Positions 29,145 through 40,143 of a stretch of DNA of 64,000 nucleotides are shown here, in pieces. Where the stretch lies: contig JAFCEJ010000003.1 in assembly GCA_017609175.1 (NCBI GenBank), forward strand, positions 13,374 through 77,373, given 5' to 3'. The first letter of the stretch is position 1, and the number at the start of each line of letters is the position of its first letter. Position numbers and translations under genes: made by a program. The stretch is from Candidatus Pacearchaeota archaeon (GTDB taxonomy: Archaea; Nanobdellota; Nanobdellia; Pacearchaeales; GW2011-AR1). The notes below the pieces were generated by a model. That model did not search any database and was not told the DNA's origin. It was given only the letters and a program-made list of their open reading frames with translations.

Positions 29145-30420
29145 AATCCAGTTGATCCTGCTGGCGGCTGCGGCTCTCTGATTTGTCTTAGACATGCAAG
29201 TTTTTACTCTTAGAAATAAGAGTAAAGCGAACTGCTCAGTAACACGTAGTTAATCTACCCTAAGGTCAGGGATAAGCTCGGGAAACTGAGTGTAACACCT
29301 GATAAAAAATATACTCTGGAATGGTATATATTTGAAACTCGAGCCTTAGGATGAGACTGCGGCTGATTAGGTTGTTGGCGGGGTAAATGCCCACCAAGCC
29401 GATGATCAGTAAGGGCTCTTAGCGGAGAGGCCCTGAGAGGGAATCTGAGACACTATTCCCAGCCCTACGGGGTGCAGCAGTTAAGAATCTTCTGCAATGC
29501 GCGAAAGCGTGACAGAGTGAATCAGAGTGCTTTTCTATCGAAAAGCTTTTGTATGGTGTAAAAAGCCATACGAATAAGGACTGGGTAAGACTAGTGCCAG
29601 CCGCCGCGGTAATACTAGCGGTCCAAGTCGCAGCCATCTTTATTGGGTCTAAAACATCCGTAGCTTGCTTGATAAGTTTTTTGTGAAATCCCATATCTCA
29701 AGTATGGGGCGAGCAAAAAGTACTATCAAGCTAGAGACTGGAAGACGTAAGGAGTACAATCAAGGTAGCGGTAAAATGTTTTAATCTTGGTTGGACTAAC
29801 AATAGCGAAGGCACCTTACGAGGACAGTTCTGACAGTAAGGGATGAAGGCCAGGGGCGCAAAACGGATTAGATACCCGTGTAGTCCTGGCAGTAAACACT
29901 GCACACTAAACATCAGTACCTCCTCGAGAGGTATTGGTGCTGAAGGGAAGCCGAAGAGTGTGCTACCTGGGAAGTATAGTCGCAAGGCCGAAACTTAAAG
30001 GAATTGGCGGGGAGACACTACAACGGGTGACGCGTGCGGTTCAATTAGATTCTACACTCGCCTTGGTAACAAGGATGAAAGTGTGGGCTACGTTAGGTGA
30101 GTACAGTCCAAATCCCCTGGGCGACACGCGCGCGTCAATGCTGGATACAAAGAGATGCGACTCTGAAAAGAGAAGCTAATCCCATAAAGTCCAGCCCAGT
30201 TCAGATTGAGGTTTGCAACCCAACCTCATGACGATGGAATCCGTAGTAATCGTTCGTTAGCAGCGAACGGTGAATATGTCCCTGTCTCTTGCACACACTG
30301 CCCGTCAAACCAACCGAGTTATGTTAGGGTGAAACTCTTTTGAGGAGAACTTTAGCATGACAAGGTAGGTTAAGTCGTCACAAGGTATCTGTAGGGGAAC
30401 CTGCAGATGGATCACCTCCT
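29145..30420 (+). rRNA. rrs: 16S rRNA, only ~1276 nt (internal ~190-nt segment absent)
   Basis: 5' aatccagttgatcctgc; gtgccagccgccgcggtaatac (29594); ggattagatacccg (29866); aaacttaaaggaattggcgggg (29991); cttgcacacactgcccgtca (30288); 3' ggatcacctcct. Confidence 0.9.
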
Positions 30421-30556
30421 AATTATTAAACGAATTACAACTGGTGCTTTTACATACAACTCATCTTTTGTTATTTAAAACAAAAGAGAGAAATTATAAT
30501 CAAATGAATAGAATAAAACATAAATCTTAAAAACTACAAGCCCGAATAAAAAATAA

Positions 30557-30627
30557 GGGCCTGTAGTCCAACGGTAGAATACCTCCCTTGCACGGAGGAG
30601 ATCCGCGTTCGACTCGCGGCAGGTCCA
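30557..30627 (+). tRNA. tRNA-Ala(UGC) in 16S-23S spacer
   Basis: Hand-folded cloverleaf: acceptor GGGCCTG/CAGGTCC with G3:U70, anticodon loop CTTGCAC, T arm CCGCG-TTCGACT-CGCGG. No encoded CCA. Confidence 0.85.
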
Positions 30628-30702
30628 TTTATATTTGATTTTTGAACCAAATAATATTTATTAAAATAAAATATCAAAAAATTAAAATGGAAAATTTAAA
30701 AG

Positions 30703-30963
30703 ATGGTCGCAAGAATAGAATTAGAAATCATAATAGATGGAACTATACTAAAAGAAGCATTGATCTCAAAAATCGGAGATGGATTAGTTGAAGTTAAAGG
30801 AGATATAATTCCTTCTGGATATTATCTTGGGATAACAACCGATGAAGTAGAAAAAATGATTTCAAAAAGAATAATAAAAGATTATAATGGAAAAAGTCGA
30901 AGAGTAAAGAGAAGGATTTATCAAACACAAGACTTAAAAACCCTTAACTCAAACTTATATTAA
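30703..30963 (+). CDS. hypothetical 86-aa ORF inside the rRNA spacer
   Basis: Uninterrupted ORF in AT-rich spacer with a balanced amino-acid composition. No obvious SD. Confidence 0.35.
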   Translation: MVARIELEIIIDGTILKEALISKIGDGLVEVKGDIIPSGYYLGITTDEVEKMISKRIIKDYNGKSRRVKRRIYQTQDLKTLNSNLY

Positions 30964-31128
30964 ATAAATATACGACAAATTAAAATCGTAATAAATAATT
31001 CATTCAATATTCATACTCAATTAGAGAACGGTTCAATAATCAAGTTATTGGATCGTAATGAGAAATTCATTTTCAATGAAATAAGCAGTGGAAAACAATG
31101 TCAGAAGTGACCTTATTTCTTAAAATTC

Positions 31129-33921
<2,793 letters not shown>

Positions 33922-34019
33922 GAATTTTAAGAAATAAGGACTTCTGGTAAAGAACCTGTGTTCTCAGTTTTCCACTGCTTGTTTTTTGATTATAATTCTT
34001 ATCATTTTAGATTATTACG

Positions 34020-34175
34020 ATGGAAAAAAGAAAAGAATGGAATAATGGGAGAGTCACAAAAGACAGACTTGTAAATTTAATTAAAGAGTTATTTAATGAT
34101 AAGGAACACATTCCTTCAGAGGTTCATATCGAGTATGATGGGGAGCAATACAAAATCAGATATAAATGGGACTAA
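34020..34175 (+). CDS. small ORF (51 aa), hypothetical
   Basis: Hand translation: MEKRKEWNNGRVTKDRLVNLIKELFNDKEHIPSEVHIEYDGEQYKIRYKWD. Confidence 0.25.
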   Translation: MEKRKEWNNGRVTKDRLVNLIKELFNDKEHIPSEVHIEYDGEQYKIRYKWD

Positions 34176-34471
34176 TCTACTGGAAAATAAGCCTCAAAAT
34201 TATTTAATAATGCCACAAAAGATTCTATTTCTTTTTGGAAAATATCAAGAAGATATTCTGAAAGATATGTAGGTTCGGTTTCATAAAGACGATATAAATC
34301 TAAAAATACAAGATAAGAACCAAAATAAAGATTATATAACCTATCTGAAAATTCCTTTTTCCAATAAGGGTTAGAAGATAAGTGATAATATCTTTCTAAT
34401 TCTTTAATTTCTCTTTGTTGAGCATTCAAAGTATCATTAAGTTCTAAGAATTTTTGTTCCCTGAGATTCAT
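34172..34471 (-). CDS. hypothetical protein
   Basis: ORF only. Confidence 0.35.
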   Translation of the reverse strand: MNLREQKFLELNDTLNAQQREIKELERYYHLSSNPYWKKEFSDRLYNLYFGSYLVFLDLYRLYETEPTYLSEYLLDIFQKEIESFVALLNNFEAYFPVD

Positions 34472-34551
34472 AAATTAAAAACGATTATGGAGTTTAAAAA
34501 AATTTATCTGTTAAACATAAGTTTTTTAAAGATTTAATTATGCTTATTTTT

Positions 34552-34920
34552 GTAAGTCGGGTAGTTAACTTCGGAATTCAGGCATTAAATTGTCAAGAAA
34601 TCGTTAGATGATTTCTGAATTCTGAGGAAGGTCCGCCCACCGCTTTAAGGTTGCTTTCCGAAAGGAAAGATGCTGTGAGGCATGGCTCTGTCACAGAAAC
34701 GACACAGCTTGCTTAGAGTAATGAACTTTGCAGGGAACTGTGAAAAGCAAGATTTGATGAAACGGGCATCCCAACTGGTGCAAGGCTTTAAGCCGCATAG
34801 TTGAATGTTAACACGTTCCGTTCCGTAAGGAACCAAGGTTCCTTGACGTTCAACCTCCTTTAAGGATGGTTCAGAACGGATGGCGGAGGAACGACAGAAG
34901 GCGGCCTATTCCCGACTTAC
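34552..34920 (+). ncRNA. rnpB: RNase P RNA
   Basis: P1 gtaagtcggg / cccgacttac closes the molecule. CR-I-like gaggaaggtccgccc, atgaaacgggcatccc, CR-V-like acgacagaaggcggcctat. Locally GC-rich. Confidence 0.8.
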
Positions 34921-34986
34921 TTTTTCTATTTTTTAAGTTGGGAAAATATAATTAAAATTTGGAGTAGAATAAATTTTAAGATAAAA

Positions 34987-35098
34987 TGGGACAGCGGGGA
35001 GTCGAACCCCGGACACCTAGATATCTGAGCATTTATTTGGTTAATGAAATTATAATTTAACTCTTCAGTCTAGTGCTCTCCCGCTGAGCTACTGCCCC
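34987..35098 (-). tRNA. tRNA-Phe(GAA) with 40-nt intron at canonical 37/38 position
   Basis: Hand fold: GGGGCAG-TA-GCTC-AGCGGGA-GAGC-A-CTAGA-CTGAAG[intron 35062..35023]A-TCTAG-GTGTC-CGGGG-TTCGACT-CCCCG-CTGTCCC-A. ttttataaa lies about 30 nt upstream. Confidence 0.85.
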
Positions 35099-35157
35099 TT
35101 GAAAAATTAAGTTAGAAAACATTTATAAAACTAATTGAATTAAAAAAAATATAAAAG

Positions 35158-35406
35158 ATGGTGAAAAAAAACAACGAAGGTTTGGGAATATCGGGATTTA
35201 CATTAGGTGTTCTTAGTATTATTTTTGCAGGATATATTGGATTATTTATTTCTATAATAGGATTTATATTTTGTTTAGTCCAACAAAAAAAGAACAAAAC
35301 AACTCTTGGAAAAGCAGGATTAATTCTCAATGCAGTTGGATTTATTCTTAGTTTGATTATAATATTTTATCTTGCTCCGATGATGCAAGGAATGTTGGTG
35401 CAATAA
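35158..35406 (+). CDS. small two-TM membrane protein (DUF4190-like)
   Basis: Two hydrophobic helices separated by QQKKNKTTLGK. Confidence 0.45.
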   Translation: MVKKNNEGLGISGFTLGVLSIIFAGYIGLFISIIGFIFCLVQQKKNKTTLGKAGLILNAVGFILSLIIIFYLAPMMQGMLVQ

Positions 35407-35407
35407 A

Positions 35408-35959
35408 ATGAAAAATAAAAAAGCTGCGATGGAGATGAGTGTTGGAACAATTGTAACTATAGTTTTACTTATGAGTGTTTTAGTTCTTGGAGTTGTTTTG
35501 GTACAAAAAATTTTCAAAAGCGCAACATCTAGTATTGATGATATTGACCAATCTGTAAAAAATGAAATTAGCAAATTATTTTCTCAGGACGAATCAAAAA
35601 GGATAGTCATTTATCCTTCCTCAAGAAAAATAAGTATTAAAAAGGGGGAGCAGGGGCAGGGATTTGCGTTTTCAATAAGAAATGTTGGAAAAGAAGCAGA
35701 TAGTTTTACATATGAAATTGCTGCAGAAGAAACCGGTTGTAAAGAACTAAATGTTGAAGAAGCAGATAATTTTATTGAATTGGGAAGGTCTGGTGAAATC
35801 AAAATTCCCGCTGGACAGATTATGGAAAATCCAAAACTTGTAACATTTAATATCCCAGGAGATGCTCCGCCTTGCCCTGTAAGTTATCTCATAAATGTGG
35901 AAAAAGGCGGAGAAATATATACTTCTGTTAGCATAATCCTAAATATTAAAGGAGAATAA
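35408..35959 (+). CDS. type-IV-pilin-like protein (class III signal peptide)
   Basis: N-terminus MKNKKAAMEMSVGTIVTIVLLMSVLVLGVVLV. Starts 1 nt after the upstream stop. Confidence 0.5.
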   Translation: MKNKKAAMEMSVGTIVTIVLLMSVLVLGVVLVQKIFKSATSSIDDIDQSVKNEISKLFSQDESKRIVIYPSSRKISIKKGEQGQGFAFSIRNVGKEADSFTYEIAAEETGCKELNVEEADNFIELGRSGEIKIPAGQIMENPKLVTFNIPGDAPPCPVSYLINVEKGGEIYTSVSIILNIKGE

Positions 35960-35995
35960 TTAAAAGTTTAAAAATTCCTGTTTCTTCTAATAATT

Positions 35996-37363
35996 ATGCC
36001 ATTAAAAATTTATAATACTATGTCTAGAAAGAAAGAGGTCTTTAAACCTGTAAAAGAAGGGCAAGCAGGGATGTATGTTTGCGGACCGACGATTTATGAC
36101 TATGTTCATATTGGAAATTTGAGGGCTTATGTTTTTGCTGATATTTTAAGAAGAATTCTGAAAATAAATGGGTATAAGGTAAAAGAAGTTATGAATTTGA
36201 CAGATGTTGATGATAAGACAATTAAAAATAGCCAGAAAGCTGGAATGAAGTTAAAAGAATTTACAAAAAAATATGAAAAAGGTTTTTTAGAAAATATAAA
36301 AGATATGAATATTGAAAAACCAGAAGTTATGCCAAAGGCAACAGAACATATTAAAGAAATGGTTGCACTTATAAAAAAACTTTTGAAAAAAGGATTCGCT
36401 TATAAAACTGACGACGGAATTTATTATTCTATTAGAAAATTTAAAGATTATGGAAAATTGTCAAAAATAAAGAAGGAAAATTTAAAAGCTGGTGCTAGTG
36501 AGCGAGTTTTGAAAGATGAATATGATAAAGAACATGTAAATGATTTTGCTTTATGGAAATTTTGGGATGAAAACGATGGTGATGTTTTTTGGGAAACTGA
36601 ATTGGGAAAGGGTCGTCCTGGATGGCATATTGAATGTTCTGCGATGTCAACGAAATATTTAGGGAAACAGTTTGATATTCATACAGGAGGTGTTGATTTA
36701 ATTTTTCCACATCATGAAAATGAAATTGCGCAAAGTGAAGCTGGTTTTGAAAAAAAACCGTGGGTGAAATACTGGCTACACAACGAATGGGTTTTGGTTG
36801 ATGGCAAAAAAATGAGTAAAAGTTTGGGAAATTATTACAAATTAAAAGATATAACAGACAGGGGATATTCGCCGATGGATTTGAGGTATTTTTATTTATC
36901 AGGACATTATAGAAAACCTTTAAATTTCACTTTCACGAATTTGGAAGCTGCAAAGAACACTTATCAAAGATTAAAAAACATAATTTCTGAGATAAAAAAA
37001 AGTAAAGAAAAGAAAAATAAAAAAAATATTAATGCTGCTTACAAACAATTTTTAGAAATTTTAAATGATGATTTAAATGTTCCAAAAGCCTTATCGTTTA
37101 TGTGGGAAATTTTAAGAGAAAACAAATTGAATGATGCTGAGAAGTATGAACTTGTTTTAAAATTTGACAAAGTTTTTGGACTAAAATTAGATAAAGAAGA
37201 AAAAATTAAGATTCCTGCAGAAGTTAAAAAATTCGTTGCTGAAAGAGAAAAAGCGAGAAAGGAAAAAAATTGGAAACTTGCTGACGAATTAAGAGAAAAA
37301 ATTAAAAATGCGGGATATTATGTTGATGATACGGGGGAAGGATGGAAGATTAGGAAATTATAG
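35996..37363 (+). CDS. cysS: cysteinyl-tRNA synthetase
   Basis: HIGN and KMSKS motifs, WHIECS. Confidence 0.95.
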   Translation: MPLKIYNTMSRKKEVFKPVKEGQAGMYVCGPTIYDYVHIGNLRAYVFADILRRILKINGYKVKEVMNLTDVDDKTIKNSQKAGMKLKEFTKKYEKGFLENIKDMNIEKPEVMPKATEHIKEMVALIKKLLKKGFAYKTDDGIYYSIRKFKDYGKLSKIKKENLKAGASERVLKDEYDKEHVNDFALWKFWDENDGDVFWETELGKGRPGWHIECSAMSTKYLGKQFDIHTGGVDLIFPHHENEIAQSEAGFEKKPWVKYWLHNEWVLVDGKKMSKSLGNYYKLKDITDRGYSPMDLRYFYLSGHYRKPLNFTFTNLEAAKNTYQRLKNIISEIKKSKEKKNKKNINAAYKQFLEILNDDLNVPKALSFMWEILRENKLNDAEKYELVLKFDKVFGLKLDKEEKIKIPAEVKKFVAEREKARKEKNWKLADELREKIKNAGYYVDDTGEGWKIRKL

Positions 37364-37364
37364 A

Positions 37365-37538
37365 ATGTTAGAACTTAAATTTACAATAGAAGAGATGAAG
37401 AAATTAATTGAACAAGGTGATGCTGAATTTTTAAACAAGGACGAAAATCTTGCATTAGTATATCAAAACCTTTATAGAAAAGAAAATGGATTTTATTATA
37501 ATGTTTTACAAAGAATAAGAATGAGTAAAGGAAAATAA
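37365..37538 (+). CDS. small hypothetical protein (57 aa)
   Basis: ATG directly after the cysS stop. The track start at 37308 overlaps cysS. Confidence 0.3.
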   Translation: MLELKFTIEEMKKLIEQGDAEFLNKDENLALVYQNLYRKENGFYYNVLQRIRMSKGK

Positions 37539-37550
37539 AAGAGGTTGGAA

Positions 37551-38801
37551 ATGAAAAAATTAGATTTTGTAGATTTGAAGTATAAGCCAAAAGAAGATTT
37601 AGTTTGTTTGTTTAAAGTTTTTCCTAGGGGGAAATCTGTAGCAAAGGCGGCAAATATTGTAGCACTTGAATCAAGTATTGGAACGTGGACAAAAATTCCT
37701 AAGCAGGATTACGTTGAAAAGTTAAAAGCAAAAGTTTTTTCTATTAAAGGCAATAAAGTTAAAATCGCTTACCCAAAAGAATTGTTTGAGTCAGATAATG
37801 TTCCGAACATTTTATCTTCTATTGCAGGAAATATTTTTGGGATGAAGATTGTGAAGGCTTTAAGGTTGGAAGATGTTAGTTTTCCGAAAACGATTTTGAA
37901 AAGTTTTAAGGGACCAAAATATGGAATTGAAGGAATTAGAAAAATGATGAAAGTAAAATCACGGCCACTCATTGGAACTATTATAAAACCGAAGCTTGGA
38001 CTAAAAACAGAAGACCATGCAGAATCTGCTTATGAATCTTGGAAGGGTGGATGTGATATTGTAAAGGATGATGAGAATTTGGCCTCGCAAAAATTTAATC
38101 AATTTGAAAAACGGCTTGTAAAAACCTTGGAAGTAGCAGATTTGGCACAGAGCGAAACAGGTGAGAAAAAAGCTTATCTTGTAAATGTTACTGCAGAAAC
38201 TAAAAAAATGATTAAGAGAGCAGAATTAGTTGAAAGACAAGGCGGTAAATATGTTATGTTAGATATTTTAACAGCAGGTTGGGGTGCTTTACAAACTTTA
38301 AGAGAAGCAAATTTCAAAATGGCAATTCATGCACATAGGGCAATGCATGCTGCTTTTGACAGAAATCCAAATCATGGAATAAGTATGATGGTAATTGCAG
38401 ATTTTGCGCGATTAATTGGGGTTGATCAAATACATATTGGAACAGGAATTGGAAAACTTGAAGGAAATATAAGGGAGATTAAAGAGATTAAAGAAGATAT
38501 TGAACAAAAAAAAGTCAAAGAGACAAAAAATAGATTAGAGCAGAAATGGTTTGACATTAAACCAGTTTTAGGAGTTTCTTCAGGAGGTTTGCACCCAAGA
38601 CACGTTCCTTTTTTAATTAAACATCTTGGAAAGGATTTAGTAATTCAGGCAGGGGGAGGAATTCATGGACATCCTTATGGAAGCCGAGCCGGTGCAATTG
38701 CAATGCGTCAAGCAGTTGATGCTACAATGAAAAAAATTTCTTTAGAAAAATATGCGCAGACACATGTTGAGTTGGAAAGGGCTTTAGAAAAGTGGAGATA
38801 G
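37551..38801 (+). CDS. rbcL: RuBisCO large subunit, form III-like
   Basis: GTIIKPKLGL, VKDDENL (carbamylated-Lys box), HAHRAMHAA, GGGIHGHP. ATG at 37551 follows gaggt. Confidence 0.85.
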   Translation: MKKLDFVDLKYKPKEDLVCLFKVFPRGKSVAKAANIVALESSIGTWTKIPKQDYVEKLKAKVFSIKGNKVKIAYPKELFESDNVPNILSSIAGNIFGMKIVKALRLEDVSFPKTILKSFKGPKYGIEGIRKMMKVKSRPLIGTIIKPKLGLKTEDHAESAYESWKGGCDIVKDDENLASQKFNQFEKRLVKTLEVADLAQSETGEKKAYLVNVTAETKKMIKRAELVERQGGKYVMLDILTAGWGALQTLREANFKMAIHAHRAMHAAFDRNPNHGISMMVIADFARLIGVDQIHIGTGIGKLEGNIREIKEIKEDIEQKKVKETKNRLEQKWFDIKPVLGVSSGGLHPRHVPFLIKHLGKDLVIQAGGGIHGHPYGSRAGAIAMRQAVDATMKKISLEKYAQTHVELERALEKWR

Positions 38802-38806
38802 CTAAA

Positions 38807-39262
38807 ATGAAAAAGAGATATCGTAAGTCTGTTTTTGTTGTAGTATATTGCAAAACAAAAAAAGGAATTGAGTATCTTATTTTAAAGCGAAAGCTTCATT
38901 GGAGGGGGTGGGAATTCCCAAAAGGGGGTGTAGAAGGATTAAAAGAAAAAATATTTACAAAAAAAGCTATTAAAAGAGAGGTCAAAGAAGAAACAGGATT
39001 AGAAGCAATACAAATAAAAAATATGCATGTTTCTGGAAAATATAACTATAAAAAAATGCTCAAAGACCGGCCAGGAATCATTGGGCAAAAATATAGACTT
39101 TATGCAGCAGAAGTAAAAAAAGGAAAAGTAAATTTAAATAAAAATCATGATGCAGAGCATTCTGATTATAAATGGGTGTCATTTGATAAAGCAATTAAAA
39201 AATTAACATGGCCTAATCAGAGAAAGTGTTTGAAAATTGTGAATAGTTGGTTAAAGAAATAA
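38807..39262 (+). CDS. NUDIX hydrolase
   Basis: Nudix box GWEFPKGGVEGLKEKIFTKKAIKREVKEETGL. Confidence 0.8.
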   Translation: MKKRYRKSVFVVVYCKTKKGIEYLILKRKLHWRGWEFPKGGVEGLKEKIFTKKAIKREVKEETGLEAIQIKNMHVSGKYNYKKMLKDRPGIIGQKYRLYAAEVKKGKVNLNKNHDAEHSDYKWVSFDKAIKKLTWPNQRKCLKIVNSWLKK

Positions 39263-39294
39263 AATCTTAAAAATAAACATTTCTTCTAAAAGCA

Positions 39295-39663
39295 ATGAGA
39301 GTCAATTTAAAGAGGTATTTTCTTTATCTTTGTAGGTGGCAATTAAGCACGCCAATTCTTGCAATTGCTTTAATCTGGCTTTCCTCTTTAAACAAATGGG
39401 TTGCTACAATAATTGCAAATTTCATCGGGGGATTAATATTTTTTTGGGTAGATAGATTTGTTTTTACGTCAAAATCCTTAGCTGCACAATGGGAGGTGAG
39501 AGATAATATAAAGTGTTCTGATTGTGGAAAAATAGCAAGAGGGTATAGATTAGTAAAAACACCAAATTACGATAAGACCAGTGATAAAGCTCCAAAATTC
39601 AGGTGCGAGGAATGCTCTCAAAAAAAGGCAGAAGAATTAAGAAAAAGAGGGATAATAGTTTAA
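39295..39663 (+). CDS. membrane protein with C-terminal Zn ribbon
   Basis: Two TM helices followed by CSDCGK...CEECS. Confidence 0.4.
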   Translation: MRVNLKRYFLYLCRWQLSTPILAIALIWLSSLNKWVATIIANFIGGLIFFWVDRFVFTSKSLAAQWEVRDNIKCSDCGKIARGYRLVKTPNYDKTSDKAPKFRCEECSQKKAEELRKRGIIV

Positions 39664-39774
39664 TCTTGAAAAAGTTTTTAATATATCACAACATTCTTTA
39701 ATAACCTTAAAGATATTTTATCAGGGTTAAATCAAAAGGAGGTAAAAAATCAGAGAAAAAATATCAAAAATAAA

Positions 39775-40143
39775 ATGAAATTCAGAGAATTTGAAACAAG
39801 TTCAGGTAAAAAAGTTTTGGCCGGCAAAAATGCAAAAAATAATGAGGAGCTTGTTGCACAAGTTGGAAAAAACGAAGATGTTTTTCATACTGCAAAGCCG
39901 GGCAGTCCTTTTGTAAACATTAAAGCTTCAAGGACAAATAAGAAAGATAGAAAAGAAGCTGCAATTTTTTGTGCGCGTTATAGTCAAGATTGGAGAGACA
40001 ATAAATCAGATGTTGAAGTGCATTGGTTTAAAGGAAAGGACATTTACAAAAGAAAAGGAATGAAACTCGGAACTTTTGGTGTTAGAAATTTCAAAATCAT
40101 TAGAGTTAAGAAAGAAGAAATTGAAAGATTCAAAAAAATTTAA
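39775..40143 (+). CDS. NFACT-R/DUF814-domain protein
   Basis: VFHTAKPGSPFVNIK core. 122 aa. Confidence 0.55.
   Translation: MKFREFETSSGKKVLAGKNAKNNEELVAQVGKNEDVFHTAKPGSPFVNIKASRTNKKDRKEAAIFCARYSQDWRDNKSDVEVHWFKGKDIYKRKGMKLGTFGVRNFKIIRVKKEEIERFKKI

Noticed and set aside
29419-30179. Track ORFs 29419..29694(-), 29731..29985(-) and 29934..30179(+)
   Set aside because: They lie entirely inside the 16S rRNA gene. They are open only because the rRNA is GC-rich relative to the genome.
33922-34551. Search for a 5S rRNA gene downstream of the 23S
   Set aside because: No GC-rich ~120-nt segment with 5S-like helices is present. The region is AT-rich spacer plus small ORFs, so 5S is presumably encoded elsewhere.
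34645-34836. 63-aa ORF on the minus strand
   Set aside because: It falls within the RNase P RNA. The ncRNA explanation is much stronger.
37308-37538. 76-aa form of the small ORF overlapping the cysS 3' end
   Set aside because: The in-frame ATG at 37365, right after the cysS stop, gives a non-overlapping 57-aa product. The longer form reads through the cysS C-terminus.
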